From: Antedon mediterranea
Taxonomy: Eukaryota; Animalia; Echinodermata
NCBI RefSeq assembly: GCF_964355755.1
Contig: NC_092671.1
Span: 4,278,001 to 4,342,000, forward strand
Reading direction: 5' to 3'
DNA: 64,000 bases
Below the pieces are notes generated by a model. That model was not told the origin of the DNA, searched no databases, and was given only the letters and a program-made list of their open reading frames with translations. How positions within the stretch are numbered: the stretch's first letter is position 1; each line of letters starts with the position of its first letter. The position numbers and the translations under genes were made by a program. Of the stretch, positions 38,130-52,688 are shown piece by piece.

Positions 38130-39208
38130 GAGTTTATTGTTTCACTTATAAAAAACTGTCAATAAATATTATATTCTTTTGTTTTTCAAAGAAATATTCA
38201 AATGCATAGTAGGCCTCCTACTTCTTAAGAAAATTTTCTGTTCACAAAAAAAAACAACATACAGTAATTAAATGTAATTTAATTATTATCAATGGTTTAT
38301 AAGGTTTGTTTTGTAAGATCGATATGACCTGATAAATATTAATTAAATTATAGAGTATCATTGTGTTTTACTATAACTCAATACTCCATAATTAGCATGA
38401 TATTAATTGTGGTGGTGTTTTTTGTTTGTTTACATGCCTACTTATAGCTTTATTCATTAAAATTAATCACTTGCGACTCCTTACTATACTATTATCTTCA
38501 AGAAACAGATCGCAAAATTAAATCTTAGAAGATTGAGATAAGTAACATTTTAAAATAATATTTCTTATATTGTTTTTATTATTTTTTCTACCTTCTGTTG
38601 TTATTTTAGCCTGGATTGTCTTCCCTGGTTATAGGCTACGCAGAGGCTCCAACGAGACTATAACTTTAAGACTGCCTGCGCGTTTTGTAATCACCACGAG
38701 CCTCTGAGTGAAAAGTCGGATTTATAAATTTATAAATTATTTATTCTAAGGAAGGTAATTATTTTTTTATAATGTATTTACAGTATTAAACATTCAACAT
38801 TTAATTACATAACCATAATGTTTCATACATTATATATATACTCAAAGATCTTTGATATAATTTATCACTTTAGTGTTTATTGTCTTCAAAATGGTCAGTG
38901 GTTTTGTATGATGTATCTTCTTTATTATGCCTACGTTTCTCAGCTCGGCCGGGATGCATTATTTTTTTTCCCTATGAGGTTATTAAAGAATTTCAACAAG
39001 ATAGCTGATCAACTTCTTAAATATACTAAACCTTTAAAGCCTTTACCACAAGCCCAAACAATTCGGTTGGCAAATTCTATTTAAACAAAGGATTTAATCC
39101 TCTATAATGTCCCATATTATGTCATAATTATTCTAATGAATAATTCATGATTTCTGCCTTAGTCTCATAGGAAAAAAAATAATGTCACCGGGAAAAAAAA
39201 AATAATGC

Positions 39209-39396
39209 CACCGGAGTAACACCCTACACGCCTCGAATGATGAACTGGGTTCTTTATAGTAAAGGTTATAACTGTGTACACTAGACCTACGGTTTATAGT
39301 CCTTATCCGAGAAGACTTGTTCTACCACCAGAACTAGGAGCGAACCCATGTCGATGGTGTCGACTCTTTAGGTAACCGTTCGGCCATTTGACTCGC
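39209..39396 (-). mobile_element. tRNA-derived SINE with a Nin/Deu-like central domain
   Basis: Minus strand: A-box TGGCCGAACGG, B-box GGTTCG, then gtcttctcggataaggactataaaccgtaggtc..aaagaaccc. Confidence 0.7.
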
Positions 39397-39820
39397 GGAT
39401 GAATGAAATTACTTACTTCTATAACACATACAGCATATCATTTTAAGATATTTACAAAAAAATAAGGTTAAACATAAATAACAATAATATAAAATGCTGA
39501 TTTTAAATAAATGAGGATTTTGAAATTATAAGTAAACCTTATTGCAACAAATTGAAACTTTAAATGAAAATCATAACAAACAGACGATAGACCCTCACAT
39601 ATAAATTATAATTTTATGAATATCAATTTCGAGGCATTTCATAACATCCGACCCAAACATCGCATGATCCTCGTTTTTTATTTCTTAGAAAAGAATAATA
39701 ATATCATTGTTTGTACGCTTTAAAGCTTCCTTATAGGCCTATGGATAGTTTTGATTACCTTATTTCCGGGCGAAAGAAACAATTAAGTATTGTTATTTTT
39801 TACCAATTTGTATTACTTCT

Positions 39821-40370
39821 AAACTAAAAATTGATACTCGGGGTACAGCAAGAGAAGCTGTAATGACGTCATAAGACGGGATCACATCAATAACCCTCGC
39901 TACCAAATACGGCTATTTATTGCTATTTAAATGACGTCACAATTTTTATTCTCCAAATCAAGACCTTTGAAATGACACCAAACACGGCTATATTACGACG
40001 AAAATCGTTTAACACCAATGTACCATCTTCGAGACGTCATATGGCCGGAGCTTCGAGCTTAGAGGACATGTTCCTGTAGTATATTCATGACAAATCCCAG
40101 CTCAATACTACAACGAATAAGGGAGGAGTCGTACTTTATAAATCGCACTTTTTTCGATTGGCACCATGTTTATGACGTCATAATTCTGCATCCGGTTGAA
40201 GTACAAACATTTTCTCTCTATAGCTTTGTTCACCTATTACCCATGTTTCAGAGCCGCCAGACGACGCGTAAAGAACTAGTAGGACTTGAAAGTTGGCCTA
40301 ATAGGGCTCAATAGTGTCCATATGGAAGAGAAGATGAAAGAGTCCTAGACTCGGGTACCCCGAGTAAAAA
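39821..40370 (+). mobile_element. HINE/Helentron-like non-autonomous element rich in CRE palindromes
   Basis: 5' subterminal tactcggggtac and 3' hairpin actcgggtaccccgagt followed by an A-run; interrupts the duplicated cassette; TGACGTCA x3. Confidence 0.5.
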
Positions 40371-40436
40371 TCCATATACTTGCACAGACTTTTTCGGGTC
40401 TTGAGAGAGTACCGAATCCACTTGTTTTAAACTTGT

Positions 40437-40965
40437 ATGGTCATCATCATTGTCACTATTATCATTGTCGCCATCATCATTGTCACCATCGTCAAACGTC
40501 ACCATCCACATCATCATTGTCACCATCGTCAAACGTTACCATCCTCATTGTCACCATTATCATTGTCACTATCATCATTGTCACAATCGTCAAGCCTCAC
40601 CATCCTCATCGTCATTGTCACCATGATCATTGTCACCATCGTCAAACGTCACCATCCTTATCATCATTGTCACAATAATCATTGTCACCATCCTCATTGC
40701 CACCATTAACATTTCATCATCATCATTGTCACAATAATCATTGTCACCATCCTCATTGCCACCATTAACATTTCATCATCATCATTGCCACCATCGTCAA
40801 ACGTCACCATCCTCATCATCATTGTCACCATTATCATTGTCACCATCATCATTGTCACCATCGTCAAACGTCACCATTCACATCATCATTGTCACCATCG
40901 TCAAACTTTACCATCCTCATCATGATTGTCATCATTATCATGGTCACCATCATCATTGTTGGCAT
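40437..40965. repeat. (CAT)-rich compound minisatellite
   Basis: catcattgtcaccatcgtcaaacgtcac units; produces spurious His/Ile/Ser ORFs. Confidence 0.9.
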
Positions 40966-41738
40966 TCACACGGTGTTTGATAAAGAAAGACAATGTTGGG
41001 GTTTTTCTTTTTTATTTATTTTTTTGCACAAATAATCATTAACCAAAAGCACCTGAAAATAAAGCCTAATAATGTATTGTCCCTTAAAAACATGAAAAAT
41101 GAATTTTGTATAGGCCATTTTGTAGTTAATCACTTCCATAGAAAAAAAACCCGAAAAAAATACGATTTCACTTACAAAATGACAAAATAAACGGTTCAAT
41201 TCAATCAGAAACTCACTGACTTCCAGCCAATTTGACTATTTGGTTTTTCAGGTAAATAATCCAGGCAATAACTATTATGTGACATTAAAATGGAGTATTT
41301 AAAAAAAAATCAAAAGGAAAATTCATCTTTAATAATTTACTACTACTACAATAATAAACTAATTAAACAGTTCATTAAGCAGATTTACTGTTTTGTTAAA
41401 AACGGTTTACAATGTTAATAAACAATAGAAGTAATAAATGAAGTGGGTCCTTGTTGAAATAAAAGTAAAAGATACACTATAACGATAATTGTGATTTCTT
41501 ATGCACTTTTAGAGGTCCAGTGAACATTTCTAAAAGCAATGAAAAAAATATTGTAAGACGTTCATAAGTTGACTAAAACAAGTTTATACATATTTATTTT
41601 GAAATGAAATTATTCATTGAATGTTTTTTAAAGTTTTTAAAATTATATACGGTAATCTATCATGTTTGCTAATTATTAATTTTAAGAATAATTCCTGCAT
41701 AGATTAAATACAAGTAAGTGTATACATTAGTAAAATAA

Positions 41739-42791
41739 TCATCTAATTAATCTCGTCCGAATTCTTCTGTAGAAAACGTCAACAAACTCTCGTCTAAAAC
41801 CGTCATTCACTACATTATATATCAAAGGATTTACAGAAGAATTTAGATATGTTAGAAATCGACAAATATTTAAAAATAAAGAATTACCCGATCCAAGAAT
41901 GTTAAAAAAGTATAAAATTCCAAACAAATAAAGTGGTTGCACGAGAATGACATAAACTGCGACTGTCACAAAAACTGTCCAGAATATTTTCCTTTCAGAT
42001 TTAGAATGTGGGTCGTTCTCACGTGAATTTGATACTTTTTTGCGGGATTTTCTTATAGAATAGAGCATAAGTGAATATAAAATTACCATACTTATAATTA
42101 GCAACATATTAACAGTTAAGTTCAGAATCCACAAAATTGTACACAGTGTATTGTAGCTTGGATTATAACCACATATAGTTGCACGATTTGAAATACCTCT
42201 ATACATGTCAGGCCAAGGAAGAATGATGGATTCGCGTATAGCATACACAAATGCTACAGTGTTCACAGAGAAACAGAAAATCCATATAACTACACACATT
42301 TTTACGGATCTTGAAGTACCAAATCTACTTGTTTTAAACTGAAAAGGTCTGCAAACTGCCATATAACGTTCAATGGAAAGTCCAACAATCGTTAAAACTC
42401 CTGCATGTAGGGCACAATTACTGAAATAATCAAACAGTCCACATTCAAAGTTGTTTATTTCCATTTCATCAATCGTATAGTTCACCGGTATTAAATCCTC
42501 ACTTATCCATATTTTACTGGGCCCTATAATTAAATTCATTGTATCAGCAATTGCCAAATTGGCTAGATACACGTAAACTGTTGTGTGTAATTTACTCACC
42601 ATGACGATAAATGTCATTATGTTGCCGACAATGCCAAAAGCAACAACAACAGGAATAATATAGTTAATCAAAATCCTCTCGAAGTCACTAGGAAGGAACA
42701 TATCAATGTAAGCATCAAATAGACTCGTGTTATATGTTAAATTCCCGTATTCAAATGCATCATATGATGCATTGCCGACGGAGAGTGACAT
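41739..42791 (-). CDS. Class A 7TM GPCR, single-exon CDS, 350 aa
   Basis: MSLSVGNAS start aligns with paralogs (the ORF-track extension to 42902 uses a non-ATG start); GIVGN, LAIAD, SIERY, NPLIYN. Confidence 0.92.
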   Translation of the reverse strand: MSLSVGNASYDAFEYGNLTYNTSLFDAYIDMFLPSDFERILINYIIPVVVAFGIVGNIMTFIVMVSKLHTTVYVYLANLAIADTMNLIIGPSKIWISEDLIPVNYTIDEMEINNFECGLFDYFSNCALHAGVLTIVGLSIERYMAVCRPFQFKTSRFGTSRSVKMCVVIWIFCFSVNTVAFVYAIRESIILPWPDMYRGISNRATICGYNPSYNTLCTILWILNLTVNMLLIISMVILYSLMLYSIRKSRKKVSNSRENDPHSKSERKIFWTVFVTVAVYVILVQPLYLFGILYFFNILGSGNSLFLNICRFLTYLNSSVNPLIYNVVNDGFRREFVDVFYRRIRTRLIR

Positions 42792-43432
42792 TTCTTTGTT
42801 TTTGGAAAATTCCCACAGAATGCCTATAGTTTCCAATAAAAGAAAACGTGAACGATTAACTATGATTGAAATAAGACGCCAGTGAACAGGAAAAATATTC
42901 AAACAGTCCTAATAATGATGCTTTGTCAGAATTCTATTGAGTAGAGGGACTTCAAACTCACAGTGCTCCTATATAACGAGTTCAGCTACTGCTGACAATG
43001 ATAAAATGTGGGCGTTACTATGCACGAAAGTGATTTTAAAATGTATTGGTATACGGTGGTTTTACTAAACTTAACGTATCCTATTCAAATGTAGACGTGA
43101 CGAATGAGAATTGAATTCAAAGAATGTAGCCACACCTATTTACCCCCAATAAAGAAAAAGGACTTTAATTTTAATGAATGTACTTGATAACAGGCCATCG
43201 TTGTTGTTTAACAAAATGTTCTATGGAATTTCTCTATATATCTCTACAACTCACTATGTCGGTCGGTTGGTCGGTAAACACTAATTCAAATTTGAGCACG
43301 CGACTGCAGCCATGTATATGACCTTGTTATGTTATGTCTTTAGCCACATGTGGCCAGAATTACCAATAGTAAATTATAATCACTGTCCTATCATATCAGA
43401 GAGGTGGTAATCCTCCTGATTCAACGGGTGAA

Positions 43433-43632
43433 CCAGTTCACCGGGGTAACCCCCTACAGGTCTCGAATGATGAACTGGGTTCAAAGTGCACACAGGTTAT
43501 AACTGTGTACACTGAACGGTTTATAGTCCTTATCCGAGTAGACTTGTTCCACCACCAGAACTACCAGAACTAGGAGCGAACCCATGCCGATGGTGTCGGC
43601 TCTTTAGGTAACCGTTCGGCCATTTGACTCGC
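43433..43632 (-). mobile_element. tRNA-derived SINE with a Nin/Deu-like domain (co-duplicated copy)
   Basis: Near-identical to the 39209 and 59511 copies, including shared downstream flank. Confidence 0.7.
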
Positions 43633-44021
43633 GGATGCATAAAATTACTTACTTCTATAACACATACAGCATATTATTTAAAAACATTAAAAAAAAATAA
43701 GGTTAAACATATATAATTACAAAATATAAAATGCTGATTTTAAATAAATGCTGATTTTGAAATTATAAGTAAATCTTATTGCAACAAATTGAAACTTTAA
43801 ATGAAAATCATAACAAATAGACGACATATAAATAATTATAATTTGATAAATATCAGTTTCGAAGCATTTCATAACAACCGACCCAAAGATGCCATCGCAT
43901 GATCCTCGTAGAAAAATATAATAATAATTAATTGTTTGTACGCTTTAGCTTCCTTATATGGACAATTTTGATTACCTTATTTCCGGGCGAAAGAAACAAT
44001 AAAGTATTGTTATTCAATTTT

Positions 44022-44051
44022 CAGGGAAGAGTTAAATTTAACTCTTCCCTG
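44022..44051. mobile_element. 30-bp perfect palindrome of the same family as 21545
   Basis: cagggaagagttaaatttaactcttccctg; absent from the paralogous sites near 39790 and 46710. Confidence 0.65.
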
Positions 44052-47000
44052 TTATTGTTTACCAATTTGTATTTGTACTTCTTATAACTTCCTTATCATA
44101 TGATTTACCGGATGTAAACAAATCTTAGGATGAGAGTATGAAATTTGTTTCATTTTTAGTCGCGTGCAACGCAACTCTATAGTTCACTTACTCAAATTTG
44201 CGCACGCGACTGGGCCAGCCATGTGTATGGCCTTGTTTCTTTTACAATTAACTCACTTCATTAACAGAAATAATAAATGGGAATGAGAAAAACCACCGAG
44301 TTCTAGGCCTACCATATTCTTGATTAGCTATATACAATGATACCTATATATCAATAAAAAAAAATCTTTATTATCTACAAGAAAAAGTATTGTACTTTAA
44401 GGTTACTGCGAATAAATACATATTTCAACCGAGAAAACCTGTCAAACACATGTAAATATTACATTTGAAATTTAATTTCTATGTTTTAAATCCAGTGCAA
44501 CCCACAACATACCATACGTCTATGGCAGGCCAAAATGCTTTTATAGTATACAATGTAAGCTATCACTAAAATAAATTTTCTTTTCGAAATTGTTATTTAA
44601 AAAAAAAGAGTTGTGCATTGAATGAAAAACTGGGATTTTCTTTACCTTGAATCTGCAATAAATTTCAAACATACAATCTGACCATCGCATGATTCTAGCT
44701 TTTATTTCTTCGAAAAAATCGATGAATATAATTGCATATACATCACATGAGCTATTAGGCTACCTCATTTCCGCTATGTAGAGAAAGAAACAATAAAGTA
44801 CTTTATTGAACATGATACTCGCTTTTCATTTCTTCGAAAAAGATTGATAATATAATTGTTTGTACGTATTAAAGCTTCCTTATATAAATATTTTGTAAAT
44901 AGATAGGCCTACACGGGAGTTTGACTATTACCTTATTTCCGCTGTGTCGGGAAAGAAAATTAAGTATTGCTATGTTATATTATGCTTATTTCTGGAATAG
45001 GTAGACACAATGTAAAACGCTTTTCACAAACTCCGTGTCGGTTTCGGTTACTCACCCTAGCAGTGTTACATGTGTACCGCGATGGGTATATTCTACAACA
45101 TTTTAGCAGGCCTTTAGGAGATTGTTCCATATCAAATTTGTGTATCCGAATCTAGTGTTGCCCGAAAGCTGTGCTAATATTTCTGGCTGTTTTAATTTAC
45201 TTTATCGTTTTGATTTAGCTTTCTGCTTATTTTATTTTGTATCTCTATTGAGATCCAGCCACAGCATGTCATTTTCAGTAATTTGCCTTTGGATTTATTT
45301 ATTATTATGTTGTATTATAATAACACAGTTTTATACAAATGAATCATCACTAAATTTTAAATTTCTTTTTTATTTTTTTGTTTTTTTTTAATCCAATAGC
45401 GTATTTTAGATTTTAAGCACTTAACGTGAATTTATCTGTCATTAATTAGTACAGATAAAAAAAACCTTTACTTGTGTGAACAGCGCCCTCATTCTTCATT
45501 CCCAAAAATACAATTTTTTTTAAAGTTTAAAGATCTTTTTACAGTAACGTGTCATTTACATATCACTTCTACAATAGGTCAGTGTTTGACACAGTATAAA
45601 ATAAAAATGATATTACATGGTACATGGCAACAAAATATTTCGATTTCTTGTATTAATAATAATAATAATAATAATAAGATTTTTATAGCGCACATACCAC
45701 TCCAGAGTGCTCAAGGCGCATTTAAAAATAAAAAAGAAATAAATCATACATGGATTTTCTTGTAGACATGATTAAATTCAAAAAATTCAAAATTCACTTT
45801 ATTTCGTCCACAAGTTTATTTCATAGAATATAAAAAAATATATAAAATATTAGGTTAAAAGTATAAAACTATTTAGGAACACTATAATATAAAACGCTTT
45901 ACGTTAAAAACATAATAAAATACAGATAGAAAATATATAGGCATACATTATACATCATTTAAAACTAGCCGGATGGAATACGGAACAAATGAATTAGAAT
46001 ATCTTCTATTGAAAGATCGCAGTAAGTTAAGCCTTTTTTATCTTATTTTATCGTAGTACTCAGCTAAAGGATGATTGAAATTGCTACATATTAATGTAAG
46101 TAATGTCTACTATAAAGTTTTATGGAACCAAAATATAGATTTTTAGCACAATTAAATCTTTTGTTGCCATGCACCATGTAATAATGTATTGCTTAGTAAC
46201 ACTAACAAATGTATACCGTAATGTATTCAGGTTTGCTAGCAAAGATAGTAATTTTAAGAATAGTGCTTGCAATTATTGTTTTTTAACGTTAAACTCTACT
46301 CAACTATACTTTGGTAGGTGCGCCCCAAATTTATTCTCTTCATGTACATATATGCCTATGCATAAGATAGGTTTACTACACTACCAGTGTCTAACTATAT
46401 CCCTATATACTCTCATTTTTAATTCTTGCAAACATTACTCAAAATGATGTTACATTCGTTCAAAAATCTATATACCCGCTTCAATATATCAATAGTAAAC
46501 CTTAACATTCATTGCTTTGTATTCTAATTAATTACATTTAATTTCTTTTCCGAAGACATTTTTAAGTGTCTTTTTTTATAAACAGAAAATATGAATTTCA
46601 TTTTCAGTTGACTTTCATTTTTCACAATCTTTACAGTTTTTAATTTTCCAATACACTAATATGGATAGTTTTGATTACCTTATTTCCGGGCGAAAGGAAC
46701 AATAAAGTATTGTTATTTTTTACCAATTTGTATTTACTTCTTATACTTCCTTATCATATGATTTGCCAGATGTAAACAAATCTTAGGATGAGAGTATGAA
46801 ATTTGTTTCATTTTTAGTCGCGTGCAACGCAACTCTATAGTTCACTAACTCAAATTTGCGCACGCGACTGGGCCAGCCATGTATGGCCTTGTTTTTTTTA
46901 CAATTACCTCACTTCATTAACAGAAATATAATTTGTATTATATAAAAAGAAAGAAAAAAACTACTGAATTGATGAATATAATTGTTTGATAATTGACAAA

Positions 47001-49345
47001 AAAAAAAAAAAAGTAATAAATATGATTTGCCTTTTTCGCATAATATAAAAAGAGAACTAATTATTTTGCTGTTACTACCACTTATATTATATAATATGTA
47101 TTATTTTCTATTATTGTACTTGGGCTAGTGGCCTACATACTATTGAATAAATGAATGTTTGAAGCATACATCACAGGAGCTATTACCTCATTTCCGCTAT
47201 GTAGAAACAATCAAGTACTTTATTGAACATGATACTCGCTTTTCATTTCTTCGAAAAAGATTTATAATAAATTGTTTGTACGTTATTAAAGCTTCCATAT
47301 GGATATTTTGTAAACAGATAGGCCTACATCACCAGAGTTTGATTATTACCCAATTTCCGCTATAACCTAATGTCTGGAAAGAAAATTAAGTACTGCTATG
47401 TTTTGCCAATATCTATATATAAATTATGCTTTTTTCTGGAATAGGTAAACACAATGTAAAACGCTTGTCACCAACTCCGTGTCGGTTAATCTCCCTGCTG
47501 ATACCGCGTTACGTAGGCCTATATTCTACAACATTTTAGCAGGCCTTTACAATGTTGTTCCATATTTCTCTCTTAGGAAAATATCAGGGTTTTAAAACGA
47601 AATGTTGGATTTCACCCGTCGGCGCGGTAACGTTAGTTCCGGATTCGGTGATTCAATACGTTGCGACTTCCTGGTTTCAACTAAGTTGGCCGTTGGTGGC
47701 AAAAGCCTTTTTAGCTTTTTTGTTTATTTTCGGACGACGAGATAATCCGGGAGCCCATAAAGCCCATTTGTTTGCGAGTACCGTAAAAGGTCTGAGGCAT
47801 AGAATATGTCAAGTAAGGTCCAGGGACCATCAAAAGGCCTTTCTTAAGTTCCCACCCCTGTACCAACTCTATGAAGGGCGTTCAAAATACCCCAACATTT
47901 AAATTAAGTAGCATAATCGAGTACATAAATGAAACCGCTGTTAAAATACCAAATCATGTACCATTACCCCTTAAGAAAGGGTCAAATGTCAGTTTCTGTT
48001 GCAAATAAACTTTATTATGCATAATTAGTAGCCCTAAACTTGTGAAGAAAATAATAAAATATTTATTTTTTGTCTAATAAAGATTTATCTTTACCGGGCG
48101 TTTGTATACAACTAATGCACAAGTCAGAGTGCGTTAGTGAGATGTGGCGCACTTGAGGGTATTTACAATATTGCAACATGCACGAAATTTGTGTTATTTA
48201 TTGTTATTTGTTAACTATTAGCATGGTGGTAATATTGTCAAGAAGTGATTGTACGATAGATCGTTATTAAATATTTTCTATGAACTATTCTTTCTATTCA
48301 TTGTGACTTCTTTAGTCTGTAACAACAGCTCGTGTGAGGGCGGGTATTCATGCTCTGTTAAAAGTGTTACAAATTTCCAACGAATCGTTCTAACATATTT
48401 ATTTTTGTATACATATATTAAACTAGAAATTGCATAGTGCAAGTGAATGCTGCCAGCAGATCTCTGGAGCATTTCGTCCCGTATACAGTATCTTTTGTTA
48501 TATAAAAACGATTATTGCAAACTGATTGCAAAATAAATGATGAATAATTTATAATCTTTCTTTAGTACTGTAAACGATTAATCTAAATTAATTAATTTAA
48601 TTAAAACGTATTTTGAATACTTTGGTAAGAAATGCATTTCATATCTATACAGTATGTAAATTATTATTCTGAAATATGCGACCAGTTAAAGACGTATACA
48701 ATATTCAATTTCAACATTTAAAACAACAGCTATAGCCAAATTCGCTACATCTACGTACAACATTTTTATTATTATGTTCGTCGATACCCAAAGCGATCAT
48801 AATTTAAAATCATGTACTTTCCAGAGGTTCCAAAAAAAACACACCCCGAAATTTCGGGTAAACAACAGAGGGCGTGCTATAATAATTTATAATTATATAG
48901 AGGGCGCTATATAAGTCAATAGTAAGTTATACAACAAATCTCGAGCGTATATCATCTGGGATATTTAATACCAAATTGACTAGGTCTACCTACCTATTTT
49001 CATTAATAAACAATGGATAATATCAGACACCTTTCAAGCGCGGTATTGGCCTAGAATAGCTCAACTGACGAGCGCTACTAGAGATTACAAGGTCAGATGA
49101 GCCCAGGGTCATACGTTAACGTTCATATATCTGTTGACGAGTAACAGTCAAATCTAAAAGTCCCTAATAACAACTTGAAACACCAGTTCAAGAACACATC
49201 AATGAACTTATCATATTGACTGGTGTTAAATTCACATTTTTCAATAGATGTTGAATTACATTGTAGGATGTCTCGTCGATCGACAGTGATATTTCATAGT
49301 TATTAATGTCCATATCTGTCCGCTTTAAATTTTGTTTTAAATTAA

Positions 49346-49671
49346 AGTTGTATTGTCCCCATAAAAAAATAATTCATTTCATTAAATTGTTTTTGTTGAA
49401 TTATATGCCAATTTAATGTCACCTAATAGTTATTCAAAGTGTATTTACCTAAAAACTGTAATTTAAAGCAAAAAAATAGTCAAATTGGCTGCCAGTCAAT
49501 GGGGTTTTGTTTGAATTTAACCATTTATTTTGTCATGTTATACGTGAAAACATATTTTTTCCGGTTTTTTTTCTACGGAAGTGATTAGGTTAGGCCTAAC
49601 TTGATTAATACTACTAACAATCATGTCAAAGTCTTTATTTTGCATGTTTTTGGCCTGGGGACAATACATCT
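49346..49671. mobile_element. Kolobok-like non-autonomous DNA transposon
   Basis: TTAA|AGTTGTATTGTCCCC...GGGGACAATACATCT|TTAA; inverted relative to copies at about 41071-41328 and 61067-61336. Confidence 0.72.
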
Positions 49672-51620
49672 TTAAATAAAAGTACAAGTGTGAGTACCGA
49701 TATACTATTGTTTGACTGGCTACTGGTTATTCATATCAATAAATCAATCAAATTGTTATTTTTACCTACAAAAAAAGAAATCAAAGCAGATTGTATGCTT
49801 GTTGAAACTAGTAACATTTATTGTTAACTTAACTATGTCGTTAAAAATCAATGCTTTACGTAGAATAGGTAGTTGACAAAAAGTATGAAGTAGGCGAACA
49901 TTGGAAAGATACCCTTTAACAAAATGTTTAACCGTCCCAAAAAACCAATATTAAACTAATTCTTGGAGGATAATACACATTTTTATATCATTTTCTTTCT
50001 GTTAAAAGGAACATTATACATTTGAGGTCAAAGTACTTGATTTCCAAATACTGTTGTTTATAAGCTATTTTTAATTCCATTTAATTTCTTTTTATTTCGG
50101 AAATATCATCCATATTAATAAACTTATAAACAGAAAAAGAAAAATCGTAAACTCTAAACTTAAGTATATAGAATACTTCTCTATCTACAATACATTTTGG
50201 AGTTATGGATGTTTGCAAACACAAACAACAAGGATGTTACCACTATTCAACATACGTTGCATGAAACCATAGGTAGATTTTCGCATGTAATCATTAAAGG
50301 AAGGGACACCATGTTAAATAAACATTGCACTGGCACTACTACTTCTAGAGACATTAAGTATACGGCGCAGAGCATTTATGTAGCATACATTAAGCTAGAG
50401 ATCTAATAGTCTTCATACAATAGTTACACCAAAGGGCTGCACAATACAAAAAATAATTTAAAAAACCGAATATCATACTAGGCCTAACTGGAACCAAATA
50501 TTAAAAATTAAAGATTATGAGTTAAATGGTGAGAATATTTTAATGAGTTAAAAGATTGACTGTTTATTGAATAGTGTTTGACATTGACTTATCTACTTTG
50601 ATACAGTGGACGTGACATTTTGTGTTTGAAAATATTCTTTTGTAATTGAAATCAAAAATACAATGCGTACTTAAAATTTATTACTGAATGAATTATTAAA
50701 TTTTAATTAACAATACCAGGTGACCTCCTGACTCTTTGTAATGATTATTATACTATATTTATGAATAGTACATAACTATATTCATACAAGAGATCCTCCA
50801 ATTGTACGCACGCGCAAAAGAGACAAATTGATTTGCTAGTAAAAAATTTTTATTACGAACTGCGCAATTGAAAATTGATTACTGGATGAAATTACAAAAT
50901 ATTGACCATTCACTTTAGTTAATAAACTACATAGGCCTATATGAATAAATTCAGAACATTTGAAAACAAGATGTTAACTTACTAACGACTATTTTTAACA
51001 TTGACAGAATTGAAAGAGATCAGCTTGTTTGAAATTGAAAACAGCACAGTTTTACAACGTTTGTATACTAACAGTACAGTTCCGCTACTTACCACCGGAT
51101 TATACTAAACAAAATGCTTTACTAAATCGTTTATAAGATTTACAGAATTTAAATATGTTCCAATTTGAAAAATTGCCCAAATTTAAATCCGATAAAGTAA
51201 TACAGTAGAACCACAATTAAGGGGCCTAAACAATTATTCTCTAAAAGGGGACCACTATTCAGGAAATATTAATCAAACACCGACATTGTCCACTTAATAG
51301 GTGATTTCGCGGAAAAAAACAAATATACCAAAATGAACATTTATCTGGATTAAAGAAATTGAACATTTAGCAGCCAATTTGTAATTATATTGCGAAAAAT
51401 GGCTAAAGCGACTACAGTAAGGAACAATATTGTATTCTTGAAGATAAAGAAACAAAGTTCGAAATATTGAAACACGATGGCTTGCCTCATTCAAAAGTTT
51501 GCTTAATTGGTCCATCAAACTTATAAGTGGACCCTCATGTAAACAAAATAATTATAACATTTTATTTTTTCAAAATGTGATGGCCATAAGTTATGGCATA
51601 ATGATGCATAAATTATAACT

Positions 51621-52688
51621 TCAGACACTGACAGTACGTGCAGGTATTTTCCTCCTGATTAAGCTATAGAATACGTCAACAAATGCTTGTCTAAAATTTC
51701 CATTTACTACATTATATATCAAAGGATTTACAGAAGAATTTATAAAAGTTCCGAAAAGACAAACAGTCAAAAGCCAATCTAAATCTGTTCCAATAGAACC
51801 TAAAAGAATTAACGTAATGATGACATTAAACGGTGTTAAGGTAAGAACATTAACTGCGACTGTCACAAAAATTGACAAGAATATTTTTCTCTCAGATTTT
51901 GAACGTGGGTCCGTCTTGCAAAAATTGTTTACAACATTCTGGGATTGTCTTAAAGAATAAACCATAAGAAAACATAATATTACAATAATCACATTAAAGA
52001 GTATATGACCCACGAATTGAAGCATCCACAACGCTCTACACACTTCAATGTAGGTTTCACTAAAACGACACATAGTTGCACGATTTGAGACACCTCTATA
52101 CATATCAGGCCACGGCAGGATGACGTATATTCGTTCGTATACAATGAAAAAATGTACAAGATTCACCAATAACCAAACAATCCATATACTTGCGCATATT
52201 TTTACAGATCTTGAGAGAGTACCAAATCCACTTCTTTGAAACCAATAAGGTTTACAAACCGCCATATAACGTTCAATTGAAAGCCACAATATCGTACTAA
52301 CTGCTACAAGCCAGACAACAGTAGCAAAGAAACTTGTTAATTCACAATTCAAGTTGTTCCCATCTATTTCATCAATCGTATATGGTACCGTCTGAGAAAA
52401 TTCAACGTGGAAAAAAGGTGCCACAATTAAATACAACGTATCAGCTATTGCCAAATTAGCTAGATATACGTAAACTGATTTGTGTAATTTACTTACTATA
52501 ACAATAAATGTCATAATATTGCCGACGATTCCAAAAGCGACAACTACAGGAATAACAATGTTAAGTAAAATCGTCTCCCAGTCACTAGGAAAAAACGTAT
52601 CAATATAAGCATCATATTGATTCGTGTTAAATGTTGAATACGCATATTCAGATAAATCATAAGATGCATTGTCATCTGAAAGTGACAT
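51621..52688 (-). CDS. Class A 7TM GPCR, single-exon CDS, 355 aa
   Basis: GIVGN, LAIAD, SIERY, PWPDMYRGVSNRATMC, NPLIYN. Confidence 0.92.
   Translation of the reverse strand: MSLSDDNASYDLSEYAYSTFNTNQYDAYIDTFFPSDWETILLNIVIPVVVAFGIVGNIMTFIVIVSKLHKSVYVYLANLAIADTLYLIVAPFFHVEFSQTVPYTIDEIDGNNLNCELTSFFATVVWLVAVSTILWLSIERYMAVCKPYWFQRSGFGTLSRSVKICASIWIVWLLVNLVHFFIVYERIYVILPWPDMYRGVSNRATMCRFSETYIEVCRALWMLQFVGHILFNVIIVILCFLMVYSLRQSQNVVNNFCKTDPRSKSERKIFLSIFVTVAVNVLTLTPFNVIITLILLGSIGTDLDWLLTVCLFGTFINSSVNPLIYNVVNGNFRQAFVDVFYSLIRRKIPARTVSV

Noticed and set aside
40308-40980. His-rich, Ile/Val-rich and Asp-rich ORFs (also at 60629-61114)
   Set aside because: All frames are open because of the CAT minisatellite; no gene structure
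42792-42902. N-terminal extensions of GPCR ORFs in the ORF track (also 37041-37064 and 33865-33984)
   Set aside because: Non-ATG starts; paralogs align from the downstream ATG
45650-46560. Possible degraded minus-strand LINE/SINE tails
   Set aside because: Tail-like motifs only; too decayed to classify by eye
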